The notes: generated from the letters alone by a model not told the origin. Counted from the stretch's first letter, positions 1 to 7,805 are shown. The stretch is DNA of 23,091 bases from Acutalibacteraceae bacterium (GCA_045540315.1 JAZQHA010000108.1:1-23091), one strand, 5' to 3'. Translations and numbers: made by a program.

Positions 1-17
1 TTTATCATTTCCTTTCC

Positions 18-275
18 TTAACAGTCAACTCGTTTAATTGTATATTTATCCCAACTAAATTTAGGAACAATTTTTAATAAAGTTAAAGAATCTTTTATAC
101 TAAAATGCTGACAGTTTTCACAAAAGCATTTATATTCATAATCTTCGGTTAATGTTAAAACCATTTCCTCAGCGTTTTCCAAAGTGTCGCAAACACAGAT
201 TAAATCATTGCTAAATCGAGGTTCTCGATAGACTTTTAATCTATTTTTTTCATAAATAAGATATTTATTACACAT
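18..275 (-). CDS. Hypothetical small Cys-rich protein (85 aa; CVC...CFCENCQH pattern, possible Zn-binding)
   Basis: ORF with AAGGAGG RBS 6-7 nt upstream of ATG at 275; directly downstream of promoter copy P1; no recognisable family. Confidence 0.5.
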   Translation of the reverse strand: MCNKYLIYEKNRLKVYREPRFSNDLICVCDTLENAEEMVLTLTEDYEYKCFCENCQHFSIKDSLTLLKIVPKFSWDKYTIKRVDC

Positions 276-302
276 TGGTTTCCTCCTTAACTTTATATAT
301 AT

Positions 303-331
303 ATTATAACATATTTTTATAAAAAAATCAA
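303..331 (-). promoter_or_regulatory. Early promoter copy P1 (minus strand reads TTGATT-N17-TATAAT)
   Basis: rc of 303-331 = TTGATT + 17 nt + TATAAT; followed by conserved ATATATATAAAGTTAAGGAGG leader into gene 18..275. Confidence 0.6.
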
Positions 332-363
332 TAAAGCCTCGACTCGCTAGGAATCGAGGCTTT
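330..363 (-). terminator. Rho-independent terminator after gene 368..715
   Basis: GCCTCGA...TCGAGGC 7-bp stem (336-360) followed on minus strand by TTTATTGATTTTTTT. Confidence 0.6.
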
Positions 364-367
364 ATAA

Positions 368-715
368 TTACATCAAATCAACTTCATATTGAGCATAGTC
401 TTTGAATTCCATGTTTTCAACATAGTCATCGACAGTTTCATCATCAGCCTTGCGACTTCTAACCCAATCCCAAAAATGATTATCATAGCATTCTGGCATG
501 GATTTAAGTGCTTCATAAAGAGAATCTCCATACCAAGACCAGTTGTCAACACCACCTGCATCTAGTGCCATTAATTTCATCTGGTCTGCAATAAGGTCAA
601 TCATTTCACTTACTGGAACAGCAATATATTCCTCTTCTGGTTTAGGGTCAGAAAGAAAACGAATTTTGCACATAGGTTCAATTTCGCCAATAAAACTATC
701 TTCAGTGTGTTCCAT
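368..715 (-). CDS. Hypothetical acidic protein (115 aa, Asp/Glu-rich)
   Basis: ORF, GGAG RBS upstream of ATG 715, TAA stop; no family recognised. Confidence 0.5.
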   Translation of the reverse strand: MEHTEDSFIGEIEPMCKIRFLSDPKPEEEYIAVPVSEMIDLIADQMKLMALDAGGVDNWSWYGDSLYEALKSMPECYDNHFWDWVRSRKADDETVDDYVENMEFKDYAQYEVDLM

Positions 716-732
716 AATTACTCCTTATTATT

Positions 733-1137
733 CTAATAATTAGTCCACATATCATTTAAGACTTGGTTAGCAACCTTCATATCAAAATGCTTAGCCTTAC
801 AATCCGGCATTAAAGATTTCATAAAAGCACCTTTATTATTGGTAGGAATTGTCAAATCTTGAGTAATCCAATAACTAATAGCTTCCTTAATTTCATTATA
901 GTCACTTACAACTTTTGGAGCATACTCTTCAACAATTGCTAACTTAGTTTGATATTCAGTAAGTTTAGTTGCATACTGTTCGGTCTTAGGACAAGTATCA
1001 ACCATTTCTTGAACTGTCTTTTTATATTTAATTAAAACTTCATCGACCATCTGGTCAGTAATCATACTTCTAGATTTAGCACTAATAGATGCTTTTTCAA
1101 TAGAAGCACAAATATCTGAAAGAACCAGACGTCTCAT
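733..1137 (-). CDS. Hypothetical protein (134 aa). Possible N-terminal extension to ATG at 1189 through an in-frame TAG at 1147-1149
   Basis: ORF ends at TAG, with TAA 5 codons further on. An upstream in-frame ATG (1187-1189) has a strong AAGGAG RBS, whereas the annotated ATG at 1137 has no clear SD. Confidence 0.5.
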   Translation of the reverse strand: MRRLVLSDICASIEKASISAKSRSMITDQMVDEVLIKYKKTVQEMVDTCPKTEQYATKLTEYQTKLAIVEEYAPKVVSDYNEIKEAISYWITQDLTIPTNNKGAFMKSLMPDCKAKHFDMKVANQVLNDMWTNY

Positions 1138-1210
1138 TTTGTCGCCCTACTTTAAGGCGACATTACTATCTTCCTTAATTTTTTCGTAGGTCATTTTATT
1201 CTCCTTAATT

Positions 1211-1993
1211 TTATACATGAGAGAGTTTCTCTTCAGTCTCAGCAGAACGCACAAGACTAGAAGTAGTAAACACTCGATTAATCAAACCGCAGGTAAATAC
1301 ATTACCTTTACTAATGGCATCTTCGCAATGAGTAACATAGAGGTTAATTTCTTCTGCTCCAGCCGCATGAAGAGCTTCAGCAGCCCGCACAAAAGTATTA
1401 CCATAAGAGCAAATGTCATCAATAATAATAATTCGTTTGCCCTTAATATTCTCTACTCCCATAATATCCAGTCCCTCAATTTTCATAGTTTCCCAATTAC
1501 GCTTTTTGATGCCAAAAGCCTGAGGAATATTGGGGAACATTTCGCCATATCGTTTCTGCGCACCTTCATCGGGGAAGAACAGAGCTAGATTTTCTTTGCT
1601 ATAATTCATCAGCACATCTTCAATGAAGGACTTAGGAGACAGATTACGAACTCGGTCTAGCAGAGCTACACCAACATTACTATGAGCATCCCATACAGTT
1701 ACACGCTGAAAGTAAAGAGCATTGATATGATTGCAAAACATTTTTAAGGTAAAAACATCTCCAGGGTTCTTTACTCGGTCCATACGTGCGTGAGGCAAAT
1801 AAGGCATCACCAGGTAACAAGGATTTTTCTGATAAAAGCCACGGATACAAGCAACAGTGAAATACTCAGCATCACTTTCATATTTCCACATAATAGTGAT
1901 ATTAGTATTATCATCTACTGGGGTCAGCTTAATTTTCAGCTCGCCCGCAGAGAAATGCTCCTGCTCAATCTTTTCGCCATTAACAAAAATCAT
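1211..1993 (-). CDS. Ribose-phosphate pyrophosphokinase (PRPP synthetase, Prs)-family protein, 260 aa
   Basis: Prs signature blocks in order: FSAGELKIKL (cf. FSDGEVSVQI), PYLPHARMDR (cf. PYFGYARQDR), DAHS (cf. DLHA), and the PRPP-binding loop IIIIDDICSYGNTFVRAAEALHAAGA (cf. [25 protein letters not shown]). Confidence 0.8.
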   Translation of the reverse strand: MIFVNGEKIEQEHFSAGELKIKLTPVDDNTNITIMWKYESDAEYFTVACIRGFYQKNPCYLVMPYLPHARMDRVKNPGDVFTLKMFCNHINALYFQRVTVWDAHSNVGVALLDRVRNLSPKSFIEDVLMNYSKENLALFFPDEGAQKRYGEMFPNIPQAFGIKKRNWETMKIEGLDIMGVENIKGKRIIIIDDICSYGNTFVRAAEALHAAGAEEINLYVTHCEDAISKGNVFTCGLINRVFTTSSLVRSAETEEKLSHV

Positions 1994-2005
1994 ACCTTAC
2001 CTCCA

Positions 2006-2599
2006 TTAGATAATTTCAATCTGACACAGCTTCATAGCTTCAATTGCAGTCTTATGAGATTCGGGAGTTACGCAAGCACAGCAATCAGCCACCACGCGCA
2101 CAGGAACTTCGGGCAGGGTAGCCTTAGCCAGCATTGCATTGGACAGAACGCAAATACCAGTACACAGACCCATTAGTGTAATCTCAGCAACTTCGCCGGG
2201 CTGAGTGCCAGTCATATCATCAATGACATACAGCAGGTTTACCAGGTCCAGAGAACCAAAAGTAGGCTTACAGACGATGTGATCAGCAACGTAAGGGAAG
2301 TAAGAGTCAAAACCAAAATACTTATCACGAGTATCATAAATTGCCTCCTGGATTGCGGGAGCCAGTTCCCAACCATGAGTATTCTTGATACAATGGGCGA
2401 CCGGCAGATTCTTACCTTCCAGGGTTTCCATATAATCAGTATTGTGGGTATCTTTGGTTACCAGCAGAATAGTATCCTTATTAGCGCGGGCGCGAATCTG
2501 GTCAGCAACTTTATTCACGATTGCCTGTGCTTCGGGAGTGCCCAGGGCGCCATCAACAAAGTCATTCTGCATATCAACTACAATAAAAACATTTTTCAT
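2006..2599 (-). CDS. Isochorismatase/nicotinamidase (PncA-like) cysteine hydrolase family protein, 197 aa
   Basis: N-terminal VVDMQNDF motif, mid Lys (LLVTKD) and GLCTGICV catalytic-Cys motif typical of the Asp-Lys-Cys triad of the isochorismatase/PncA fold. Confidence 0.8.
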   Translation of the reverse strand: MKNVFIVVDMQNDFVDGALGTPEAQAIVNKVADQIRARANKDTILLVTKDTHNTDYMETLEGKNLPVAHCIKNTHGWELAPAIQEAIYDTRDKYFGFDSYFPYVADHIVCKPTFGSLDLVNLLYVIDDMTGTQPGEVAEITLMGLCTGICVLSNAMLAKATLPEVPVRVVADCCACVTPESHKTAIEAMKLCQIEII

Positions 2600-2632
2600 A
2601 ACACATTATTTCCTTTCTTATCTTATAAATAT

Positions 2633-2661
2633 ATTATAACATATATTTTTATAAAAATCAA
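2633..2661 (-). promoter_or_regulatory. Early promoter copy P2 (TTGATT-N17-TATAAT on minus strand)
   Basis: rc = TTGATT + tttataaaaatatatgt + TATAAT; conserved ATATTTATAAGATAAGAAAGG leader into gene 2006..2599. Confidence 0.6.
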
Positions 2662-2667
2662 TTAAGA

Positions 2668-2937
2668 TTAATGAGTCGTGTGATTATAAGGTTTTCCTCT
2701 TGAAATAACCTTATAATTAGTCCCATAAATTGGTTTTTCTGTGGTATCAATCCATTGAATACATCCTTCGATTGTTTCTTTATAACAATCCTCACAAGTC
2801 CAATTTGGGTCATCCCATTTATCTTCTCTGCGACATCCTGGTTCACATCCAAGAGCATCATCAATACTATTCATATAGCTTAATAATGCTTTCTTAATAT
2901 TTTTTAATTCATGAGCTTCTCCACTGATAGTAACCAT
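2668..2937 (-). CDS. Hypothetical Cys-rich protein (89 aa; GCEPGC...CEDC...C)
   Basis: ORF; its ATG overlaps the upstream gene's stop as TAATG. Confidence 0.5.
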   Translation of the reverse strand: MVTISGEAHELKNIKKALLSYMNSIDDALGCEPGCRREDKWDDPNWTCEDCYKETIEGCIQWIDTTEKPIYGTNYKVISRGKPYNHTTH

Positions 2938-3125
2938 TAATCCTCCGCAAATGAAAGAAAATTAACACTTTCTATTTCAAAATGGTCATCATCCATATCA
3001 GTACTCATTGCTAAAGATTGAAGACCAACAGAAAAGAAATCTTCTCCTAACTGTCGACCTTCATAATCATCTTCTGCATCAAGGATTCGAAGGCGAACTC
3101 TCGCCTCCATAATATACTCAGCCAT
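2937..3125 (-). CDS. Hypothetical small acidic protein (62 aa)
   Basis: ORF; its ATG overlaps the stop of 3125..3988 as TAATG. Confidence 0.45.
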   Translation of the reverse strand: MAEYIMEARVRLRILDAEDDYEGRQLGEDFFSVGLQSLAMSTDMDDDHFEIESVNFLSFAED

Positions 3126-3988
3126 TATTTAACCTCACTCTCAATGCCTTCATAGAAGGCAGGACTCTTAGGCAACCACCAGTCCAATTCGCCAGTTTTG
3201 TCATACTTATCCCACCGAGCAATAATATCTTCTACATATTCATATTCTTGATAAAATTGTTCCACATAAGGCCGTTCAACCCGGTCCGCATGATAATGAC
3301 CAAATAAGTAATATTTCCAATTAACACTATCTTTTAATTCATCAAGCCACACTTCCATAGATTTATCTACAGTAGACTGGTCAATACAATTAAGGAACAA
3401 ATCGATAGGCTCCCAGGAGAGAGGACAGGTGTGAGAAAGAATAAAATCAACAGATTCGCCTTGAACTTCTTTAATAATAGTATTCATTTCTGCGGCAGTC
3501 AGGCATTCATCCTTAAACCAACCACATTTCTTGGGATTTGCGGTTTCCGCTTCTTCTGGAGAATAGCCAGCCCGCGCAAGCCGATACCACTTATCAACAG
3601 AATAAGCACCGCCAATTACGAGAGCACTATATCCAAGTAAATCATAAATTTTACCATCAACAAAATACCGAATATTGGGGAAGGCAGGCTCCATCCATAC
3701 CTTATTATGAACATTCTCATCGCTTACTAAAAGCATACTTTTAATTAGCTCTGGCCGCTGTTCATGATTACCCCGAACGCAATAAATATGATAACCCATA
3801 GAGTTAAGAAGTTTTTTATGTTTATTATCAGTATTATTTAAGTAAAAATTCAAACCAGCATCACCAAGAATAACAACCATTGTTTCTTCGGGCTTATACT
3901 CAGGCATATTCCGTTGAATGTTGCCAATCCGACTAATAGTTGCTACACCACCATGGGTATCGCCAGTAAAAATTAAATGTTTAATCAT
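3125..3988 (-). CDS. Calcineurin-like metallophosphoesterase (PPP-family lambda-phosphatase/ApaH-like), 287 aa
   Basis: GDTHG, GDAG(LNF) and VRGNHEQ motifs in the canonical order of PPP phosphatases (lambda PPase has VRGNHEQ). Confidence 0.8.
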   Translation of the reverse strand: MIKHLIFTGDTHGGVATISRIGNIQRNMPEYKPEETMVVILGDAGLNFYLNNTDNKHKKLLNSMGYHIYCVRGNHEQRPELIKSMLLVSDENVHNKVWMEPAFPNIRYFVDGKIYDLLGYSALVIGGAYSVDKWYRLARAGYSPEEAETANPKKCGWFKDECLTAAEMNTIIKEVQGESVDFILSHTCPLSWEPIDLFLNCIDQSTVDKSMEVWLDELKDSVNWKYYLFGHYHADRVERPYVEQFYQEYEYVEDIIARWDKYDKTGELDWWLPKSPAFYEGIESEVK

Positions 3989-4014
3989 ATTTATTCCCTC
4001 ACTTTCTTATAAAT

Positions 4015-4043
4015 ATTATAACATATTTTTATAAAAAAATCAA
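4015..4043 (-). promoter_or_regulatory. Early promoter copy P3 (TTGATT-N17-TATAAT)
   Basis: rc = TTGATT + tttttataaaaatatgt + TATAAT; ATTTATAAGAAAGTGAGGG leader into gene 3125..3988. Confidence 0.6.
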
Positions 4044-4077
4044 AAATAGCTCCTTAACTCTAAGTTAAGGAGCTATA
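4042..4077 (-). terminator. Rho-independent terminator after gene 4065..4424
   Basis: Perfect 12-bp inverted repeat TAGCTCCTTAAC/GTTAAGGAGCTA (4047-4075) followed on minus strand by TTTTTGATTTTTTT. Confidence 0.65.
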
Positions 4078-4424
4078 TCATCATAGCCATGTGGATACCA
4101 ATCCACACCATGTTCATCATAATCATGTTGAATGTTTAAATCAGGATGTCTGAAAAGAATAGGCTCTGGAGGATGTTTAGACAAAGTTTCCTTCAGTAAC
4201 TCAGTAAGTCTATTTAACTCTTCCTCCGTTGGCTTTTTCATTTCAAAAGGTGTATTATTCTTTATATAAAGTTTAATAGCTTGTTTAATTAAACAACCAT
4301 CATCATACATTACACATTTATCAGAACAATCAATATTAGCATAATGAGATGTGCTTTTAAAAGGGCAAGTTTTAATCATAAATTTCCCTCCGCACACTCT
4401 TTTCCATGATGCGATATTGAACAT
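4065..4424 (-). CDS. Hypothetical protein with Cys-rich N-terminus (119 aa)
   Basis: ORF, TAA stop inside terminator hairpin; start overlaps end of 4372..5187. Confidence 0.5.
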   Translation of the reverse strand: MFNIASWKRVCGGKFMIKTCPFKSTSHYANIDCSDKCVMYDDGCLIKQAIKLYIKNNTPFEMKKPTEEELNRLTELLKETLSKHPPEPILFRHPDLNIQHDYDEHGVDWYPHGYDDIAP

Positions 4425-5187
4425 CTCTCATTAGAGCGATAGTGTCTTCATTTTCAGTATTATCATACTTAGTGCAAAATTCGTCTCGAACTTTTCTGGC
4501 TTCAGCTAGGCTCCACTCAGACATAGCAACGGCTTCTTCAACCTTTAAACCATGTCGTTTCATCATCTTGAGGTAATAAGGCTCAAAAGGTTCGTGAATA
4601 CAGTTCCAGTAGGTTTCACCGGCCGCATACTTAATCATTGCGTGACGCACTCTCTCTTGGTGAGAAAGCTGCTTGCCGTCATAACCAAACTCATCGATGA
4701 TATGCTGTTTTGCTGGGTAGCGATGCTGTAGTGCATGGTTCTTTTCAGCACACATACCGCACATTGCCTGCATTACTCGATAAGGGTTTAAGTGTGCGAT
4801 TTCCTCTCTATGAGATACAAGAATATCCCAATCATCCTTATACATAGGGTTAATGATAAAATAATCTGTAAAAAGAATTTCGAGGAAGTTCATATTGCCT
4901 TTGCGGAAAGTTTCAATATAAAGACGGATGTCTTTAAGGTCAATATGTTCTTCATTCTCGCGCACATAAGTAGTAGAAATCGGCTTCTCGTTCATAGCCA
5001 ATTCCTTAAAAGAAGGAGTGACAATAAGTTTGGTATCAATGTCACTACCCTCAGTATCTAGTCCATAGTTCTGACTACCCTGTAAGAAAATACCTACAAT
5101 TCGTTCTTCTGGAAACATTGTTAATGCTTCAGTATAATGAGCTGTTAAGCCAGCCCAAATCTTCTGCTCTCTATCCAAATTAGCCAC
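4372..5187 (-). CDS. Pol-beta superfamily nucleotidyltransferase (GS-x10-DxD), 271 aa
   Basis: QGSQNYGLDTEGSDIDTKLIV matches hG[GS]x9-13Dh[DE]h with downstream acidic IDLKDI. Apparent GTG start overlaps the lipoprotein gene stop, so the start is uncertain. Confidence 0.6.
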   Translation of the reverse strand: MANLDREQKIWAGLTAHYTEALTMFPEERIVGIFLQGSQNYGLDTEGSDIDTKLIVTPSFKELAMNEKPISTTYVRENEEHIDLKDIRLYIETFRKGNMNFLEILFTDYFIINPMYKDDWDILVSHREEIAHLNPYRVMQAMCGMCAEKNHALQHRYPAKQHIIDEFGYDGKQLSHQERVRHAMIKYAAGETYWNCIHEPFEPYYLKMMKRHGLKVEEAVAMSEWSLAEARKVRDEFCTKYDNTENEDTIALMRDVQYRIMEKSVRREIYD

Positions 5188-5530
5188 TCCTTTCTAATTT
5201 ATATCTTACTTCACCAGTATTATAGGTAATAGTAATATATTCCATCTGGATAGTTTCACCGATTCTATTTTCATAATATTCGTATAATTCCTTACTATCA
5301 ATAGAAGCAGTGACACCATTATATTCTACATAAATATCATAATCAGCCGGAATGTGCTGAAATGTTATGATTTTACCAACCATCATAGGTTGATTGCGAG
5401 GGGGGTCATAATCCACCGAAGTGACGATTGCATCTACCAATTCAATTTCTCTGGAAACTTCTTTGGCAATATGACAGCCAGTTAGTAGCAAAGCTACAAC
5501 TAACAGCAATAAACAAATTTTAGTCTTCAT
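5180..5530 (-). CDS. Lipoprotein (signal peptide + lipobox LLTGC), 116 aa
   Basis: MKTKICLLLLVVALLLTGC N-terminus; AAGGAGG RBS 6 nt before ATG. Confidence 0.65.
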   Translation of the reverse strand: MKTKICLLLLVVALLLTGCHIAKEVSREIELVDAIVTSVDYDPPRNQPMMVGKIITFQHIPADYDIYVEYNGVTASIDSKELYEYYENRIGETIQMEYITITYNTGEVRYKLERSG

Positions 5531-5546
5531 AGAGTCCTCCTTACCC

Positions 5547-5741
5547 TTATATGAAAAGTAAACCTACAACAGTTAGTGCAAGAAAAATAAAACAAGTTAT
5601 ACTTGAATCTTCTGTCATTGCAAAACAGAACCGTTTAATAGGATGATTAGTTAATTCTGCAATTAACCAGGCTGTACAAAACATCATTGCCGTAAAAAAA
5701 GAAATAATTGTCATTCCATAAAATATATTAACAAGTACCAT
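5547..5741 (-). CDS. Small membrane protein (2 predicted TM helices, 64 aa)
   Basis: Two long hydrophobic stretches; same strand and operon. Confidence 0.45.
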   Translation of the reverse strand: MVLVNIFYGMTIISFFTAMMFCTAWLIAELTNHPIKRFCFAMTEDSSITCFIFLALTVVGLLFI

Positions 5742-5764
5742 ATTTTTATTTCCTTTTATTTATT

Positions 5765-5977
5765 TTAGAACAACAGTGTGAAACCGAACAAGCCAATTAA
5801 GGCGCCAAAAGCAAGGATAAACAATCCAGCAACGATAGGAATGATAATCATTGTCATGGCAATTTTAAATAAAACTTCTGTAAAATCAAAGAAAATATCA
5901 AAGAACATCAGAAGGAAAGCCAGAAATAACAATGCCACGCCAAGTATAAAAGAAAGTGCTCCAATTGCAAAAAGCAT
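5765..5977 (-). CDS. Small highly hydrophobic membrane protein (70 aa)
   Basis: Almost entirely hydrophobic residues (LFAIGALSFILGVALLFLAFLLMFF...). Confidence 0.45.
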   Translation of the reverse strand: MLFAIGALSFILGVALLFLAFLLMFFDIFFDFTEVLFKIAMTMIIIPIVAGLFILAFGALIGLFGFTLLF

Positions 5978-5980
5978 TTT

Positions 5981-6283
5981 TTAATCCTCCTCATCACAGA
6001 GCGTCAATCCCATCTGAAAAGTGCGCCCGCAGTAAAACAATCTCAAACCTATACCTTCATTAGTAAAGTAAATGTCTGTATCTTGTTCCCAGCCATTAGC
6101 CAGACAATCGTTATATTCATATCCCATTGCTTCGAGAATATCAATAACATTCTCGGGACACAAATCCTCTTTGGTTAAATCTACAGTTTCAATATATCCA
6201 GCTTTTAATTCGTTAATCTTTCTTTCAAAGAAAGCTGTCCAATGCGGTTTTTCCCAATCTCGCAAATTCCATTCGCCTCTCAT
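5981..6283 (-). CDS. Hypothetical protein (about 100 aa; start placed at MRGEW with GGAG RBS)
   Basis: ORF 5981..6307. The internal ATG at 6283 is preceded by AAAGGAGATAAT, so it is preferred as the start. Confidence 0.45.
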   Translation of the reverse strand: MRGEWNLRDWEKPHWTAFFERKINELKAGYIETVDLTKEDLCPENVIDILEAMGYEYNDCLANGWEQDTDIYFTNEGIGLRLFYCGRTFQMGLTLCDEED

Positions 6284-6495
6284 ATTATCTCCTTTCACAT
6301 TTATCAATGAGAATCACAAAAGCTAATCCCATTATAATAATAGCTCCTAAATAAACCATTAAGTCCTCGTTCCTGCTAGTAACTTTAAAATTCTTTCCAT
6401 ATTATAAGTACTCATAGTACAAGAAATTTTGGGGCAAGTCCATCCACCATTTTCAGTAGGTTTAGAATGCTCACAAAATGCACATTTACAAAACA

Positions 6496-6765
6496 CTAAT
6501 TATCCTCCCATTTTCTTCCAATAGTACAGAGCTTATAAAACCAATAAAGGCAAGCCCAAGGTCCTGCAATAATATGAGCTAAAATGGTTAATACAATACA
6601 TCCAAACCAATTGACATGAACATTATTATAAATTACGATTGGATTAATCCATTGAAGGCCAACTTTATCACCATTCTCTAGCGATACTGTCATTATAAAC
6701 AGATGAATCAAGCTAGTAGCAAATGTATATATCATAAATGGTAACATTAAAATACTTCCTTCCAA
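6496..6765 (-). CDS. Hypothetical membrane protein (89 aa, 2-3 TM)
   Basis: Hydrophobic segments; ORF ends at TAG. Confidence 0.4.
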   Translation of the reverse strand: MEGSILMLPFMIYTFATSLIHLFIMTVSLENGDKVGLQWINPIVIYNNVHVNWFGCIVLTILAHIIAGPWACLYWFYKLCTIGRKWEDN

Positions 6766-7163
6766 CCATTGCGCTCGATAATGGCACGCATATTAGCCAC
6801 GCCAACAGGATTAAAGCTATGAATACGGAAAGCACATTTAACCTTATATCCATGATGTGCTCGATATTCCAAATAATTTAGAATATTGATATAATCGCCA
6901 CCATCGGGGGCATAAATACCGGCATCGTGATCAAGGTCAATGATATCAATGTGCTGAAGCTTTTCAACGCAAACACCATGTTCCCAACGCTCGCACCAAG
7001 AACTTCTCTCAGATTCTTCAATTGCTCTCTTGGCTTCATTGACACTATTGGCAATCATATATACTTCCTCAGGACGATTGGGCGGGTTGCGCAGGTCATC
7101 AACCCAAAGACAAAGAGTCTTATCATTCTTATTCATCGCTATTATCCACTCCTTTAAAACCAA
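6747..7163 (-). CDS. Hypothetical protein, 138 aa; acidic-residue pattern (DD...IIDLDHD...K) suggestive of a flavodoxin/receiver-like fold
   Basis: ORF; pattern LCLWVDD / IIDLDHDAG / KVKCAFRIHSFNP spaced like REC-domain landmarks; weak inference. Confidence 0.45.
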   Translation of the reverse strand: MVLKEWIIAMNKNDKTLCLWVDDLRNPPNRPEEVYMIANSVNEAKRAIEESERSSWCERWEHGVCVEKLQHIDIIDLDHDAGIYAPDGGDYINILNYLEYRAHHGYKVKCAFRIHSFNPVGVANMRAIIERNGWKEVF

Positions 7164-7470
7164 TCATTGCTTGAATAACTGTATCACAAGCATCTTTATA
7201 TGTTTTAATTTCTCTTTCAAAAATTTTCATAACTTGGTTTTCAGCATCAGTAAATACTTCTTCGTCAGTCTCTCCATGAGCAACAAAGTGATGAGTGAAA
7301 ATTTCATTGTGGCGGTCACCCCGACGCAATGTAATTAGACCAGGATATTCATTTTCTTTGTAATTGTTATTGTGAGTTAAAGAAATAATAATCTTATCTT
7401 TATCTTTATTGATATAAGTACTTGCAAACATACCATCACTAAGCACTTTCTTACCCCATTTTAAAAACAT
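7129..7470 (-). CDS. Hypothetical protein (113 aa, start MFLKW with AAGGAGA RBS)
   Basis: ORF 7129..7488. AAGGAGA lies 6 nt upstream of the internal ATG at 7470. Confidence 0.45.
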   Translation of the reverse strand: MFLKWGKKVLSDGMFASTYINKDKDKIIISLTHNNNYKENEYPGLITLRRGDRHNEIFTHHFVAHGETDEEVFTDAENQVMKIFEREIKTYKDACDTVIQAMIGFKGVDNSDE

Positions 7471-7481
7471 AAGTATTCTCC

Positions 7482-7781
7482 TTAACAAACAAAACTATCT
7501 AAATCATAGCCCTGCTCCTCCAAAGAAGCTACAGCCGCATAAACCATCCTACCCTTACTCTTACTCTTGGTTTTCTTTACAAGACCTGCTTCAACAAGGT
7601 CACCGAGTTCTCTTGCCATTTTCTGAGTAGTTACATAAGTAAGTGTCAGGTCTGCCGCACAAATTTCGCTAATAGTTAATGGTTTACCTGCGTCTACAAG
7701 CACACCTAATGCGGTTAGTCGGATTTCTGCAGTTTTTTCTCTTGTATATTTCGCTTGCTTAAATGCGGGCATATTATTCAT
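7482..7781 (-). CDS. Small putative winged-helix DNA-binding protein (99 aa), first gene after promoter P4
   Basis: Segment TISEICAADLTLTYVTTQKMARELGDLVEAGLVKK resembles an HTH recognition helix plus wing; inference only. Confidence 0.45.
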   Translation of the reverse strand: MNNMPAFKQAKYTREKTAEIRLTALGVLVDAGKPLTISEICAADLTLTYVTTQKMARELGDLVEAGLVKKTKSKSKGRMVYAAVASLEEQGYDLDSFVC

Positions 7782-7805
7782 TTCCTTTCTTAACTTTCTA
7801 TAAAT

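Noticed and set aside
6747-7163. Calling 6747..7163 a response-regulator receiver domain
   Set aside because: Only the spacing of acidic and Lys landmarks fits. There is no confident motif-level match, so it is left as hypothetical with a note.
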